64,000 nucleotides of DNA from an archaeon. GTDB lineage: Archaea > Nanobdellota > Nanobdellia > Pacearchaeales > GW2011-AR1. Each line of letters opens with the position of its first letter. The stretch's first letter is position 1. A model generated the notes under the pieces. The model searched no databases and was not told the origin of the DNA. It saw nothing but the letters and a program-made list of their open reading frames with translations. This document shows positions 23,798 to 32,748 of this stretch, one piece after another. Both the position numbers and the translations under genes were made by a program. The stretch covers positions 201,903 through 265,902 of the forward strand of contig JAYONY010000001.1 in the NCBI GenBank assembly GCA_038121585.1, written 5' to 3'.

Positions 23798-24127
23798 ATG
23801 AAACTCCCAGAAAAAACTAACAGATACTGCCCGTATTGTCGGGAAAAAACTGAACAGAAGTTAAGTGTAGCGAAGCAAAAATCTCGTTCATCAGCTCACC
23901 CAATGAGTCGATGGTCTACTTCACGAGTTATTGCTCGAGGCCTTAAGTCAGGTACAGGTTCCAAAGGTCGTTTTTCTAAACCACCAATTAAGAAGTGGAA
24001 ACGAAAGTCTAAATCTACAAAGCGAATGACAATCATGTACACCTGTAAAGTATGTAATAAAGCCAAAGGGATTAAAAAGGGTATTCGCACATCACGATTA
24101 ACTATAGGAGATAAAGTAGCGAAGTAA
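23798..24127 (+). CDS. rpl44e: 50S ribosomal protein L44e
   Basis: MKLPEKTNRYCPYCREKTEQK...GKGRFSKPP...YTCKVCNKA has the zinc-ribbon pattern of L44e. The track ORF starts at an upstream TTG (23732). Confidence 0.8.
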   Translation: MKLPEKTNRYCPYCREKTEQKLSVAKQKSRSSAHPMSRWSTSRVIARGLKSGTGSKGRFSKPPIKKWKRKSKSTKRMTIMYTCKVCNKAKGIKKGIRTSRLTIGDKVAK

Positions 24128-24128
24128 C

Positions 24129-24764
24129 ATGGCAAGCAAACAAATGAAACATAAGCCAAAGCCGAAGAAAAAGCGAGTTGGTAAAAAGAAGTTTTTTGAT
24201 GCAACAATCCCCATGACAACTGCGAAAGTTAGTTTGTACGGATATGCAGCAGAAGATTTTGAAGGCCGATTTGTTAAGCTTGACTTAAGCAAGAGCATGC
24301 GTGGTAAGAACGTAGAACTACGTGCTAAACTAGCCCTTAATGAGAAGAAATTAGTTGGCCAGCTACATGGTTTACGACTAATTCCAACCTATATTAAGCG
24401 AGTTATGCGCCGAGGAACTGATTATGTTGAAGATTCATTTGAAGTTATTGGTAAAGAACACGTATTTCGTATCAAACCATTCCTAATTACCCGTAAGCGA
24501 GTTTCACGAGCAGTACGTAACGCCCTACGAACAACTGCGAAGAAACATCTTGAAAGTAAAGTTGTAATTATGAAAACTGAAGAATTATTCTCAAATATCA
24601 TGACTAACAAGTTCCAAAAAGACTTGAGTATGAAACTCAAAAAGATTTATCCATTAGCATTATGTGAAATTCGTGTACTAGAAGTACTTCGTCCTGCTCC
24701 TGAAAAGAAGGAAAAAAAGGCTGAGACCAAAGAGTCAAAGACAGACGCTGAAACGAAAGAGTAA
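24129..24764 (+). CDS. rps3ae: 30S ribosomal protein S3Ae (S1e)
   Basis: 211 aa. KKKFFDATIPM..GRFVKLDLS.. and C-terminal KKIYPLALCEIRVLEVL are typical of S3Ae. Confidence 0.8.
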   Translation: MASKQMKHKPKPKKKRVGKKKFFDATIPMTTAKVSLYGYAAEDFEGRFVKLDLSKSMRGKNVELRAKLALNEKKLVGQLHGLRLIPTYIKRVMRRGTDYVEDSFEVIGKEHVFRIKPFLITRKRVSRAVRNALRTTAKKHLESKVVIMKTEELFSNIMTNKFQKDLSMKLKKIYPLALCEIRVLEVLRPAPEKKEKKAETKESKTDAETKE

Positions 24765-24791
24765 CTGCGTTCACCATTCTTTTCATCCACT

Positions 24792-24863
24792 GCCTCCATA
24801 GCTCAGTGGCAGAGCATTAGTTTTGTAAACTAAGGGTCGGGGGTTCGAATCCCTCTGGGGGCT
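24792..24863 (+). tRNA. tRNA-Thr (anticodon TGT)
   Basis: Hand-folded. Acceptor GCCTCCA/TGGGGGC. D arm GCTC-AGTGGCA-GAGC. Anticodon arm TTAGT-TTTGTAA-ACTAA. T arm GGGGG-TTCGAAT-CCCTC. Confidence 0.9.
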
Positions 24864-24939
24864 CTCATCTTTATGATGCGGGAGCATCATAGAGAAACCA
24901 GAGGTACTAAAATTTCTAATTTTTCAACCTCTGGGGGCT
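24864..24939 (+). repeat. tRNA-sized trailer module 1, ending in a copy of the tRNA-Thr 3' end
   Basis: 76 nt. Hairpin ATGATGC-GGGA-GCATCAT. Stem CCAGAGGT/ACCTCTGG encloses hairpin AAAATT-TCT-AATTTT. Ends CCTCTGGGGGCT, identical to 24852-24863. Confidence 0.7.
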
Positions 24940-25013
24940 TGTTCTATAGTGTTGCGTAGGCAACACTCAGCAACCTGAGGTACACGACGTTAGTCGTTCA
25001 ACCTCTGGGAGCT
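24940..25013 (+). repeat. tRNA-sized trailer module 2, ending in a near-copy of the tRNA-Thr 3' end
   Basis: 74 nt. Hairpin AGTGTTGC-GTAG-GCAACACT. Stem CCTGAGGT/ACCTCTGG (one mismatch) encloses hairpin CGAC-GTTA-GTCG. Ends CCTCTGGGAGCT. Confidence 0.7.
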
Positions 25014-25014
25014 C

Positions 25015-25020
25015 TTTTTT
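25015..25020 (+). terminator. T6 run after the second trailer module
   Basis: TTTTTT immediately follows module 2. No comparable T-run follows the tRNA itself or module 1. Confidence 0.45.
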
Positions 25021-25092
25021 ATGATGCAAGAATAGCACGTGATAAAAATACTAAAAAGATGAATATATAAACAATCTTTAGCTTTTGAGTGT

Positions 25093-25992
25093 ATGGAAGG
25101 AGAAAGTGCTAAGTCCCCGACTGAACTCATGCATGATTCTGAACGTGAAGAGATAATACGTTTTTTGCAAGATAATATTGGATGGGTGAATTATTATGTC
25201 TTAGTGCTTATTGGAGAATTTGATAAGGTTCGTGCTAGAAAACCTACTCAGGGAGTTACAATTCAAGGTGAGCCTTTGAAAGTACGACGTAGGGATACGG
25301 GCGAGGAGGAAGTGTTTGGGTATATTGACCTAACCTCTTCTATGACACTTACCCCTGTTGCCCAGTCTGAATTTCCACAGTTTAAGAAGTGGAGCCTTTC
25401 TGAGAGTGAGGGCGAGGCATGGATGATTTTCAATTATGAAGTGTTTCCCCGAATTAGCATTCCTGACCAAACAATTCAATTAGTGAATCAATACAAGCAA
25501 TATGGCCTTTCGGGTGATGGGTGTTCTTGGATTGTCATTACTAAAACCCCGAATATGCAAAAACCGTTCAAAGATCATGACATTACCCTTATTGAATTTG
25601 AAACACTGCAAAAGGCTATTGCTGAAATGAAGAAAAAAACCGATGAAAACCTCAAAAAACAACGGGAAAAATCACAAAACACGTCTGAAACTCCAATAAA
25701 GAAACAAGGTTCTAAACATTCCCAGATAACTAATCCTGGAGGAAAAAAGGCAAGTAAGAAATTAGCTCAGGCAGTACAAAAAGTGACTAAGAAAAAAGCC
25801 TCTAAAAAAACAAGTGTGAAAAAACAGAAGAGCCCTGCAAGTAAAAAGATAGTGCAAAAAGGTACAAAAGAAAAAACACCTGCTAAGAAGACTACTCTCA
25901 AAAAGAAAAGTGAAATGGCAAAAGCAAAAAAGAAAGAAAACACTGCTGATTCGCTCAAAGCGTGGGCCCTAAAGCTAACAAGTAAAAAATAA
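25093..25992 (+). CDS. Hypothetical protein with a histone H1-like Lys-rich C-terminal tail
   Basis: 299 aa. Globular N-terminal 190 aa, then KKASKKLAQAVQKVTKKKASKKTSVKKQKSPASKK.. low-complexity tail. Confidence 0.55.
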   Translation: MEGESAKSPTELMHDSEREEIIRFLQDNIGWVNYYVLVLIGEFDKVRARKPTQGVTIQGEPLKVRRRDTGEEEVFGYIDLTSSMTLTPVAQSEFPQFKKWSLSESEGEAWMIFNYEVFPRISIPDQTIQLVNQYKQYGLSGDGCSWIVITKTPNMQKPFKDHDITLIEFETLQKAIAEMKKKTDENLKKQREKSQNTSETPIKKQGSKHSQITNPGGKKASKKLAQAVQKVTKKKASKKTSVKKQKSPASKKIVQKGTKEKTPAKKTTLKKKSEMAKAKKKENTADSLKAWALKLTSKK

Positions 25993-25996
25993 GGTT

Positions 25997-26263
25997 TTAA
26001 TTACTAAACAAATCGCCTATACCGTCAAAGAGGTTTTGTGCAGGATCAATTAATAATATTGCTGCGATTGCGATTGCTACAAAACCGAACAGTTTCTCAT
26101 TTATCTTGAGTAGCTTTAAACCGTTAATTATTACATACACGCCACCTGCAACGATGAGGAGTGTACTGATTATATTTTCAGGGCCAAGCCCCCCTACAAA
26201 TCTATCGATAAATATCATGCCAAGAATTGACATTATTATTCGCTCACCAATATTTAGTACCAT
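25997..26263 (-). CDS. Small membrane protein
   Basis: 88 aa with three hydrophobic helices. No family recognised. Confidence 0.45.
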   Translation of the reverse strand: MVLNIGERIIMSILGMIFIDRFVGGLGPENIISTLLIVAGGVYVIINGLKLLKINEKLFGFVAIAIAAILLIDPAQNLFDGIGDLFSN

Positions 26264-26339
26264 GCGTGCCTCTTTAGTATATTTAGATTACACGTACAGA
26301 GTATTTAAAGATTAAGTAAAAATAAAAAATAAGAGGCTA

Positions 26340-26456
26340 TTAACAGAATGGACAGTCTTCGTCGCCGTTACACACTTTTGGTTTCGACTTCTTGCTGGCC
26401 TTCTTAGTTGCCTTTTTCTTTTCAGTTTTTTTTGCTGCTTTCTTTTTAGCTGGCAT
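26340..26456 (-). CDS. Lys-rich micro-protein (38 aa) with a C-terminal C-x5-C-x2-C
   Basis: Not in the track. Hand translation MPAKKKAAKKTEKKKATKKASKKSKPKVCNGDEDCPFC. Coding status is uncertain. Confidence 0.3.
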   Translation of the reverse strand: MPAKKKAAKKTEKKKATKKASKKSKPKVCNGDEDCPFC

Positions 26457-26528
26457 TATAGGTACCCTCCTTTTAGAGTAGTATTGCCTATAATGCAATA
26501 TATAAAAATCTTTTCAATACTGAAAAAA

Positions 26529-27095
26529 TTATCCTTTTTCATCAACGTGCCGAGCCTTACCATCAGCAACGAGAATGTCTGCGACTGAGCGATCGATATT
26601 TGCAACAGCACCTTTTGTGAACGGTCCAATGGCATTACCTTGCATATCAACAAATTCAGTTACATCTTCCTCAAGCATAATTAGAGCCGTTGTTGCAGTA
26701 GGCGCTCCCGTATCACCACGTAACTGTTCCTGTAATGATTTATCTCCAGTCTCAAGTGCAGCAACGAGTTTTTCAAACAATTCCTTCTCATACGTGAGCA
26801 TATCTGCAAAATCTTTTTTCATTATCCCCGTTTCTGCTGCTACAAAGACGAGTTCAAGAATTTTTTTCTTTCGTCGTAAAATTAAATCACGAAAAAGCGT
26901 CATCGCATTTTCATATTGTTTTTTCTCGCGCAGAAGGTCATCCGCAAACATATCCCCTTCCATCAATGCAAACTGTTTACGTTTTGTTTCTACATAATCT
27001 ACATATTCTTCAATAAAGTTCTTAGGTAAATTTTGCAATCGTTCCCCAAATTTTTCTTTACGTAAATATTCATAGAGCTCTTCATACGTTATCAT
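26529..27095 (-). CDS. GINS subunit (Gins51/Gins15-like)
   Basis: 188 aa. N-terminus YEELYEYLRKEKFGERLQNLPKNFIEEYVDYV and C-terminal B-domain FVDMQGNAIGPFTKGAVANIDRSVADILVADGKA match the archaeal Gins51 pattern. Confidence 0.55.
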   Translation of the reverse strand: MITYEELYEYLRKEKFGERLQNLPKNFIEEYVDYVETKRKQFALMEGDMFADDLLREKKQYENAMTLFRDLILRRKKKILELVFVAAETGIMKKDFADMLTYEKELFEKLVAALETGDKSLQEQLRGDTGAPTATTALIMLEEDVTEFVDMQGNAIGPFTKGAVANIDRSVADILVADGKARHVDEKG

Positions 27096-27143
27096 GGCAC
27101 TGATAGCAAGGATGCCCTATTTAAGAATTCATGTGCGCTGTAG

Positions 27144-28409
27144 CTATTGCTTTGTACGCCGTGCGAAAAGGGTTTTTTCAAGCACTTCACGGCCAAGATA
27201 TTTTGTACCGGTCAGGCCTTCTGCCTCAGTATAGCGACGATTCCCTTCCCGCACCCGTTCTCCATCATAAAAGAGTACAGGAACAGGGTCCGCAGTATGA
27301 GTTTTTTTCTTACAAGATGTTGTATGATCAGGAGTGATAACTACACGGGCCTTGTGCTTTTGTGCTAGCTTGAGAATACTACTAAAGAGCCTTCTATCAA
27401 GCAACTCAAGCATTGCTACCTTTTCATGCGGTTTATTATCATGCCCCGGCAAGTCAGTTTCTTTAATATGGATAAAGAAATAATCGTATTTATGCTCATT
27501 TTTCCTAAGCGCTGCAACACTTTTTTTGATTGCTTTCTTAAGACCAGCATGCAAATGCGCATACACATCAGTACCTTTAAGCGGAGGATAGTCAAATGAG
27601 CGAACATCCATTTTTGCAGCTTTTGCAATACCAATCTCAAGAGGACTGTAGACTACGCCTAACCACTTACCTTTAAGTTTACGATAAGGAGGTAGTGCAG
27701 TGCCAGCACCACGACACATAAGAAAATTAGCTGAAAAAAGACCTTTGCGAGCTCGGACCTTGTTTAAATGGTGTTCGTCAAGCACAGCATGACTTTCACG
27801 TACAAATGTGTTAACGAGATTAGCGGCTAGATGTGAATCTTCTTCTTCATCCAACGGTTTTGCAAACCGTACTTTTTCTCGCGCATTTAGTACGACCTTC
27901 CCACCCTCATAGGCTGGATCAACATCTGAAATATTATTAGAAAACCCTCCCCGAATAACAAGCACTCCCCGATGCCCCATGGTAGGTACAAATTCATACG
28001 GAAAGGGTAGTGTGACACGTGATTGTACTGCTTGCGCAAGTTGTTTTGCTTCTTTAGTGGTGAGTGTTCGTCCAGCGCGCCTATCAAGAACAGTATTCGT
28101 TTCTAAATCTTCAACAGTTGCGAAATTCGTCCGAAAAGCTAAATCACCCCGTGTTAGATTCACTCCTGCCCCCAGTGCTTCAAGTGTTCCACGCGCTACT
28201 TTCGTTGGATCATACCCTAAAAGTGATAGAATAGCTGTTGATGATTCAGGTGCAACACCTTCTTTAACAGTATAGCAATAATCAACACGCCCGCCTGATG
28301 CGAGCTTATCTAAATGAGGAGTCTCTGCAGCTTCCAAAGGCGTTTTACCGTTCAAAACCTTTGAAGGCTCATCGGCCGCACCGTCAATAACCACAAATAT
28401 ACCCTTCAT
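27144..28409 (-). CDS. apgM: Cofactor-independent phosphoglycerate mutase, archaeal type
   Basis: 421 aa. MKGIFVVIDGAADEP..GKTPLEAAETPHLDKLA, HIKETDLPGHD and VITPDHTT motifs. Confidence 0.85.
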   Translation of the reverse strand: MKGIFVVIDGAADEPSKVLNGKTPLEAAETPHLDKLASGGRVDYCYTVKEGVAPESSTAILSLLGYDPTKVARGTLEALGAGVNLTRGDLAFRTNFATVEDLETNTVLDRRAGRTLTTKEAKQLAQAVQSRVTLPFPYEFVPTMGHRGVLVIRGGFSNNISDVDPAYEGGKVVLNAREKVRFAKPLDEEEDSHLAANLVNTFVRESHAVLDEHHLNKVRARKGLFSANFLMCRGAGTALPPYRKLKGKWLGVVYSPLEIGIAKAAKMDVRSFDYPPLKGTDVYAHLHAGLKKAIKKSVAALRKNEHKYDYFFIHIKETDLPGHDNKPHEKVAMLELLDRRLFSSILKLAQKHKARVVITPDHTTSCKKKTHTADPVPVLFYDGERVREGNRRYTEAEGLTGTKYLGREVLEKTLFARRTKQ

Positions 28410-28531
28410 TTTTTAACACCTAACACGTTGTACTACATAATATCAGAGGTTAGTAATAAACTTTCTAGTGCCAAGAGTCATTAATACTTTACAGGGACAA
28501 AACCTATAAACACCCTTTAGCTCGTTCCACC

Positions 28532-30058
28532 ATGTTCAAAGCACTCAAATCAAAGCTGAAGTCATGGATGGGCAATGATGCTGAAAAGGAAGAACAGGTT
28601 GAAGAGACACAAGAGGAAGTAGTTGAAACTCCGAAAGAAGACACAGTAAAAAAGGATTCTAAGAAAGATAAAAAACAAGACGCTCCTAAGAAAGCCACTA
28701 AAAAAACTGCAACAAAGAAAGAAGAATCAGCTAAAGAAAAAGCCCTTGCTAAGGACTCTGCTCAGAGCACCCCACAAGCGCAATCCCAAAAAACAGAGAG
28801 TTCTGAGGCAAAAGAACTACCTACTGAAGAAGAGCTCAAAAAAGAAGTGGACAAAATTGAAAAAGAAGTGCCACAAAAGTTTGCGCTTGGAAAGCTCAAG
28901 GCAGAACCTGATGTAAAAGCGATTAAGCAAGAAGGTACAAAAGAAGAACCTGCTCAAGAGATGAAAAAGAAAGGTTTTCTCAAGCGTATGTTCTCTAGTG
29001 ACAAAAAAGAGAAAGACTCTGAAACACTAGCAGAAACAATTAATGAAATAGAGCAAGTAGCAGAAAATACGGTAGAAAGCCTCAAAGAAGAAGAAACTCA
29101 AGCTGAAGAGAGTGAGGAAAAAAGTACAGAAAAGAGCCCTGCTCAGAGTGCCCCTGAAGCAAAGAATTCTGGGGCAAAGAAAGGGTTTTTCGCAAAATTA
29201 TCAAGCGGCGTTAAGGGTGAAACAACAATAACGCACGAACACATTGACGAAATGTTTGAAGATTTGGAAATGATTCTTTTAGAAAACAATGTTGCGCTTG
29301 AAGTTGTTGATAAGATTAAGGAAACATTAACCGAAGAACTTGTTGGTCAAGAAATGAAAAAGAATGTGATTGAGCAAAAAGTCATTGAGGGATTACGAAC
29401 AGCTATTGAAGATGTGCTCATCGAACCCCCTGACCTTGTAAAAGCAATTAAAGAACACGACGGAGTCTACACTATTATTTTCTTTGGCATTAATGGATCT
29501 GGTAAAACAACGAGCATTGCAAAACTTGCGCATAAACTCAAGTCTGAAGGTATCGATTGTGTGCTCGCTGCATGTGACACGTTTCGTGCGGCAGCAATTC
29601 AACAACTCGAAACGCACGCTACCAACCTTAACATTCCAATTATCAAACACGATTATGAATCTGACCCGACAGCAGTAGCATTTGATGCGAAAAAATATGC
29701 TGAAAAGCATAAGAAGCAATGCTTGCTTATTGACACAGCAGGTAGAATGTACACGAAAGATAATCTGATTAAACAAATGGAAAAAATGATGCGTGTGATT
29801 AGTCCTGAACTTAAGATTTTCGTGGGTGAATCAATTACTGGTAACGATGGCGTTACGCAAGCGAAAACGTTTAACGAAGCTGTTGGTATTGACGGCGTAA
29901 TTCTCTCTAAAGCTGATGTTGATGAAAAAGCAGGGACAATACTCTCTATCTCCTATGTTACGGGCAAACCGATTTACTATCTTGGTATCGGGCAAGAATA
30001 CAAAGACCTCCAACCATTTTCTAAGGAGACAGTACTCAAAAACGTGGGGCTTGCCTAA
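28532..30058 (+). CDS. ftsY: Signal recognition particle receptor FtsY
   Basis: 508 aa. Long Lys/Glu-rich N-terminal region, then an NG domain with GINGSGKTT, DTAGR and SKADVD motifs. Confidence 0.9.
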   Translation: MFKALKSKLKSWMGNDAEKEEQVEETQEEVVETPKEDTVKKDSKKDKKQDAPKKATKKTATKKEESAKEKALAKDSAQSTPQAQSQKTESSEAKELPTEEELKKEVDKIEKEVPQKFALGKLKAEPDVKAIKQEGTKEEPAQEMKKKGFLKRMFSSDKKEKDSETLAETINEIEQVAENTVESLKEEETQAEESEEKSTEKSPAQSAPEAKNSGAKKGFFAKLSSGVKGETTITHEHIDEMFEDLEMILLENNVALEVVDKIKETLTEELVGQEMKKNVIEQKVIEGLRTAIEDVLIEPPDLVKAIKEHDGVYTIIFFGINGSGKTTSIAKLAHKLKSEGIDCVLAACDTFRAAAIQQLETHATNLNIPIIKHDYESDPTAVAFDAKKYAEKHKKQCLLIDTAGRMYTKDNLIKQMEKMMRVISPELKIFVGESITGNDGVTQAKTFNEAVGIDGVILSKADVDEKAGTILSISYVTGKPIYYLGIGQEYKDLQPFSKETVLKNVGLA

Positions 30059-30096
30059 ACAATACCTTCTTAAACTCTTATTTTGTCGAAACTTTA

Positions 30097-30738
30097 TTGG
30101 TAGTATCAAAAAGACCCATAAAAGACAGATACTTAGAAGCACTATGTGAAAGTGTAGAGCATGCAACTCCCGATTGGGAACGAATAGATAAACAATTGAC
30201 AATACGCTATAACCTTCCGCCTGAATCTAGAGATAACCTTGGACATGTAAAAGGTAGAGCTGCAGAGTGCATTACATACAATGCATTTGAAGCAGTCAGA
30301 GAAAAATACCCTGACAGAATCCGCATTGGAATTGAACAATCAAAAGAAGTAAACCCAGAAAGGCTTGCAGTTCCCGATAAGCTTGGAAGTGTGAAAGTTT
30401 ACAACACTGCAGAAAAATGCGTCATTAATGAAATTGACATGGTAACACGAACACTTCACCCAACCGTTTGGGAGATTAAATCGGGAACATTTAGAAATAA
30501 AAGAGGAAAGACCCGAGATGGGATAAAACAAAAAAGTGTGAATATGCGCTCAGCTCCTATCAAAGCTTACTTTGAAACACATGGTGTTCGCTCTGCGACA
30601 ATACTACCAAAGGATATGATTGATCCTCAAAAATACGAGACGCAACTAGAATTCATTTCACGAGGAGGATTACTTGTCCCGTTCTACACCACTCACGAAC
30701 AATACGAACAAGAAGTACGAGAAAATCTTATGTCTTAA
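30097..30738 (+). CDS. Hypothetical protein with a possible PD-(D/E)xK nuclease motif
   Basis: 213 aa, non-ATG start. GRAAE ... NEIDMV ... WEIKSG spacing resembles the E..D..ExK restriction-endonuclease-like fold. Tentative. Confidence 0.4.
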   Translation: MVVSKRPIKDRYLEALCESVEHATPDWERIDKQLTIRYNLPPESRDNLGHVKGRAAECITYNAFEAVREKYPDRIRIGIEQSKEVNPERLAVPDKLGSVKVYNTAEKCVINEIDMVTRTLHPTVWEIKSGTFRNKRGKTRDGIKQKSVNMRSAPIKAYFETHGVRSATILPKDMIDPQKYETQLEFISRGGLLVPFYTTHEQYEQEVRENLMS

Positions 30739-31955
30739 CAAGCAGGATTGCTCGCGTGCGTCCAGTCAGTCCAACCCATATTCTTACCTGACTGTGCCCC
30801 TTCAACGGCAGGGTAGTCCGTACAATAATAGTAATTCGTTATCCACGGTTGCCATTCGTCATCACCCTCTGCAGGATAGTTGGTACCATCATCAAATTCT
30901 GTGCGGTGTGGCCAGTCAACTGCTCGCAAGATTGCTTGGTCGCCCCATTCCCATACATCTTCATACCCATTACGAGAGAGAATGACTGCGGTCATGTGCA
31001 CGCCTTGCAGAGCTTCCCAAACATAATTCTCCTTGGGCGGTGGCCACTCAAAGCAATTACATCGCCGCATATCATCAGGCAAGACACCGTCAAGATCCCA
31101 TCCTTCTTCACTCGTACATTCTGCAGGATTTACCCCTACGGGATTGTCCATATCACACTGCCAGTCAAGATCACCATAACTAAATTCAGCATAGTAATCC
31201 GTTTCCCCAAGCCATCCTCGAAAGACATCTGCGGTTATCTGGAGTTCTTCAGCATCACCAAGGTAAACGGCTATTGCTGCGCGTGATGCTCCAGCATGCG
31301 TTCCCCAATTATTAGGCCTGTCCTCATGCGTTGATACGAGCGTGCGCCCTTTCAAGGTTTTAGTAAGTAAGTCACTTAATTTTTCTGAGAATGCAGCGTG
31401 TAATTCAGGATTTTCTTCTGCTAGATTGATACTATCTGCTGCAATTACGTATGCCCCAAGTTCTCGTCCAAGCGCAAGTGTTTCACCACCATTCTCCGTT
31501 GCATCATATGTTATTGTTTCTAGCGCCTGCATTACATCTTCAAGATATGTTACTTCGCCAGTTTTTGCGTATACGAGTGCTTTTGCAAGGAAATGCACGT
31601 TTGTATTATCATTTTGATTCGATAAATCCGGACTTGATGTCCCTTCCTCTGCTGCAGCTAACAGATTTTCCCATGCAGCACCTTCTTCAGGCAACGCATC
31701 AATTTCTGCTTGTGAAATCCATACTGTGTCACCCACAGGAGCTGGAGGAGTAGGTGTTGGGTCTTCTTCAGGGTCTGGCGTTGGCTCCGGCGTTGGGTCT
31801 GGTTCAGGGTCGGGTGTTGGATCAGGATCAGGTGTAGGGTCAGGCGTTGGATCAGGCGTAGGAGTAGGAGTTGGGTCTGGTGTTGGCTCAGGCTCATCAC
31901 CCCCACCACTAATTGCAAAGTAAGCGCTCGCTCCCCCTACAAGCAGCACAACCAC
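30735..31955 (-). CDS. Secreted protein with a Pro/Thr/Asp-rich linker and a possible polysaccharide-lyase-like domain
   Basis: 406 aa. Start uncertain (GTG). PEPTPDPTPTPTPDPTPDPTPDPDPTPDPEPDPTPEPTPDP linker. DRPNNWGTHAGASRAAIAVYLGD is weakly alginate-lyase-like. Confidence 0.55.
   Translation of the reverse strand: MVVLLVGGASAYFAISGGGDEPEPTPDPTPTPTPDPTPDPTPDPDPTPDPEPDPTPEPTPDPEEDPTPTPPAPVGDTVWISQAEIDALPEEGAAWENLLAAAEEGTSSPDLSNQNDNTNVHFLAKALVYAKTGEVTYLEDVMQALETITYDATENGGETLALGRELGAYVIAADSINLAEENPELHAAFSEKLSDLLTKTLKGRTLVSTHEDRPNNWGTHAGASRAAIAVYLGDAEELQITADVFRGWLGETDYYAEFSYGDLDWQCDMDNPVGVNPAECTSEEGWDLDGVLPDDMRRCNCFEWPPPKENYVWEALQGVHMTAVILSRNGYEDVWEWGDQAILRAVDWPHRTEFDDGTNYPAEGDDEWQPWITNYYYCTDYPAVEGAQSGKNMGWTDWTHASNPAC
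31730..31900 (-). repeat. Low-complexity tandem repeat encoding the PT/PD linker
   Basis: Reiterated GGTGTTGG/GGATCAGG units on the plus strand. They encode (P-[TDE])n on the minus strand. Confidence 0.8.
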
Positions 31956-32114
31956 TATAATCGTAATCGTTGTTGCGGGCTCAATGCCTCACCTATCTAG
32001 CCTCTTTTTCATAATGATAAAATAGCAAATGCGATATATAATCGTTTCGTCAAAGCTAGAATATATTGTTTTAGACTCAATTATACTTTTATAGTCGATA
32101 AAATACATGATTTT

Positions 32115-32705
32115 ATGAGAAAACAACATGCACTTACACGAGCCCCGCAATGGTCTCCTTTTCTACTCCGTATTGCGCTTGGAACAGTCTTTATTGTACA
32201 TGGAGCCCAGAAATTATTTGGCATGTTTGGGGGCCCTGGACTTGATGGTTTCGGAGGATTCTTAGGGAGTTTAGGCGTTCCGATGGCTTCTGCAATTGCT
32301 ATTCTTGTAGGACTTATTGAGTTTGGAGGAGGAGTGTTTGTACTGCTTGGTCTTGGAACCCGTATTTTTGCTGGACTTATTACAATGGTCATGTTTAATG
32401 CTATTATCTTTGTACATGCGAAAAATGGCTTTCTAGCAAGTAATGGAGGTATTGAATTCGTACTAACACTTGCACTTGCAAGCCTTACCCTTCTACTTAT
32501 AGGCCCAGGAACGTTTTCAATAGATCGACTATTCACACGTTCTAGAATGCGAGAACGCCCTCGTGAAAGAGAGATTATTGTGCTTGAAGAGGAAGACCTG
32601 CGTGATACGAACGCTTCTATCCCACTCAAAAAAGATGATTCGCAGAAGAAAAAGCCTTTTTCTTCCAAAAAGACCTCTAAACCAGTGAAAAAGAAAGCGA
32701 ACTAG
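32115..32705 (+). CDS. DoxX family membrane protein
   Basis: 196 aa. LLRIALGTVFIVHGAQKLFGMFGGPGLDGFGGFL is typical of DoxX. Charged C-terminal tail. Confidence 0.75.
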   Translation: MRKQHALTRAPQWSPFLLRIALGTVFIVHGAQKLFGMFGGPGLDGFGGFLGSLGVPMASAIAILVGLIEFGGGVFVLLGLGTRIFAGLITMVMFNAIIFVHAKNGFLASNGGIEFVLTLALASLTLLLIGPGTFSIDRLFTRSRMRERPREREIIVLEEEDLRDTNASIPLKKDDSQKKKPFSSKKTSKPVKKKAN

Positions 32706-32711
32706 GAGCAT

Positions 32712-32729
32712 GCAAACCCTTTAATAACC
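32712..32729 (+). promoter_or_regulatory. BRE/TATA-like promoter of srp54
   Basis: GCAAACCCTTTAATAACC lies about 25-30 nt upstream of ATG 32749. Confidence 0.5.
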
Positions 32730-32748
32730 GTTTTCTCCTCGTGTATGC

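Noticed and set aside
21999-25013. Possibility that the short direct repeats near tRNA-Val and tRNA-Thr are a CRISPR array
   Set aside because: There are only three copies at each site. The repeat units are 12-13 nt and identical to the adjacent tRNA 3' end. I recognised no cas genes.
25016-25075. Possible C/D box sRNA (ATGATGC ... GTGA ... AGATGAA)
   Set aside because: The C box is imperfect and no terminal CTGA D box is present. The ATGATGC word is better explained as the start of a truncated third tRNA-Thr trailer module.
31726-31923. 65 aa Gly/Ser/Val repeat ORF
   Set aside because: It is the antisense frame of the Pro/Thr/Asp linker repeat of the 406 aa secreted protein.
32081-32668. 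195 aa minus-strand ORF
   Set aside because: It is antisense to the DoxX gene, whose motifs are clear. It is a shadow ORF.
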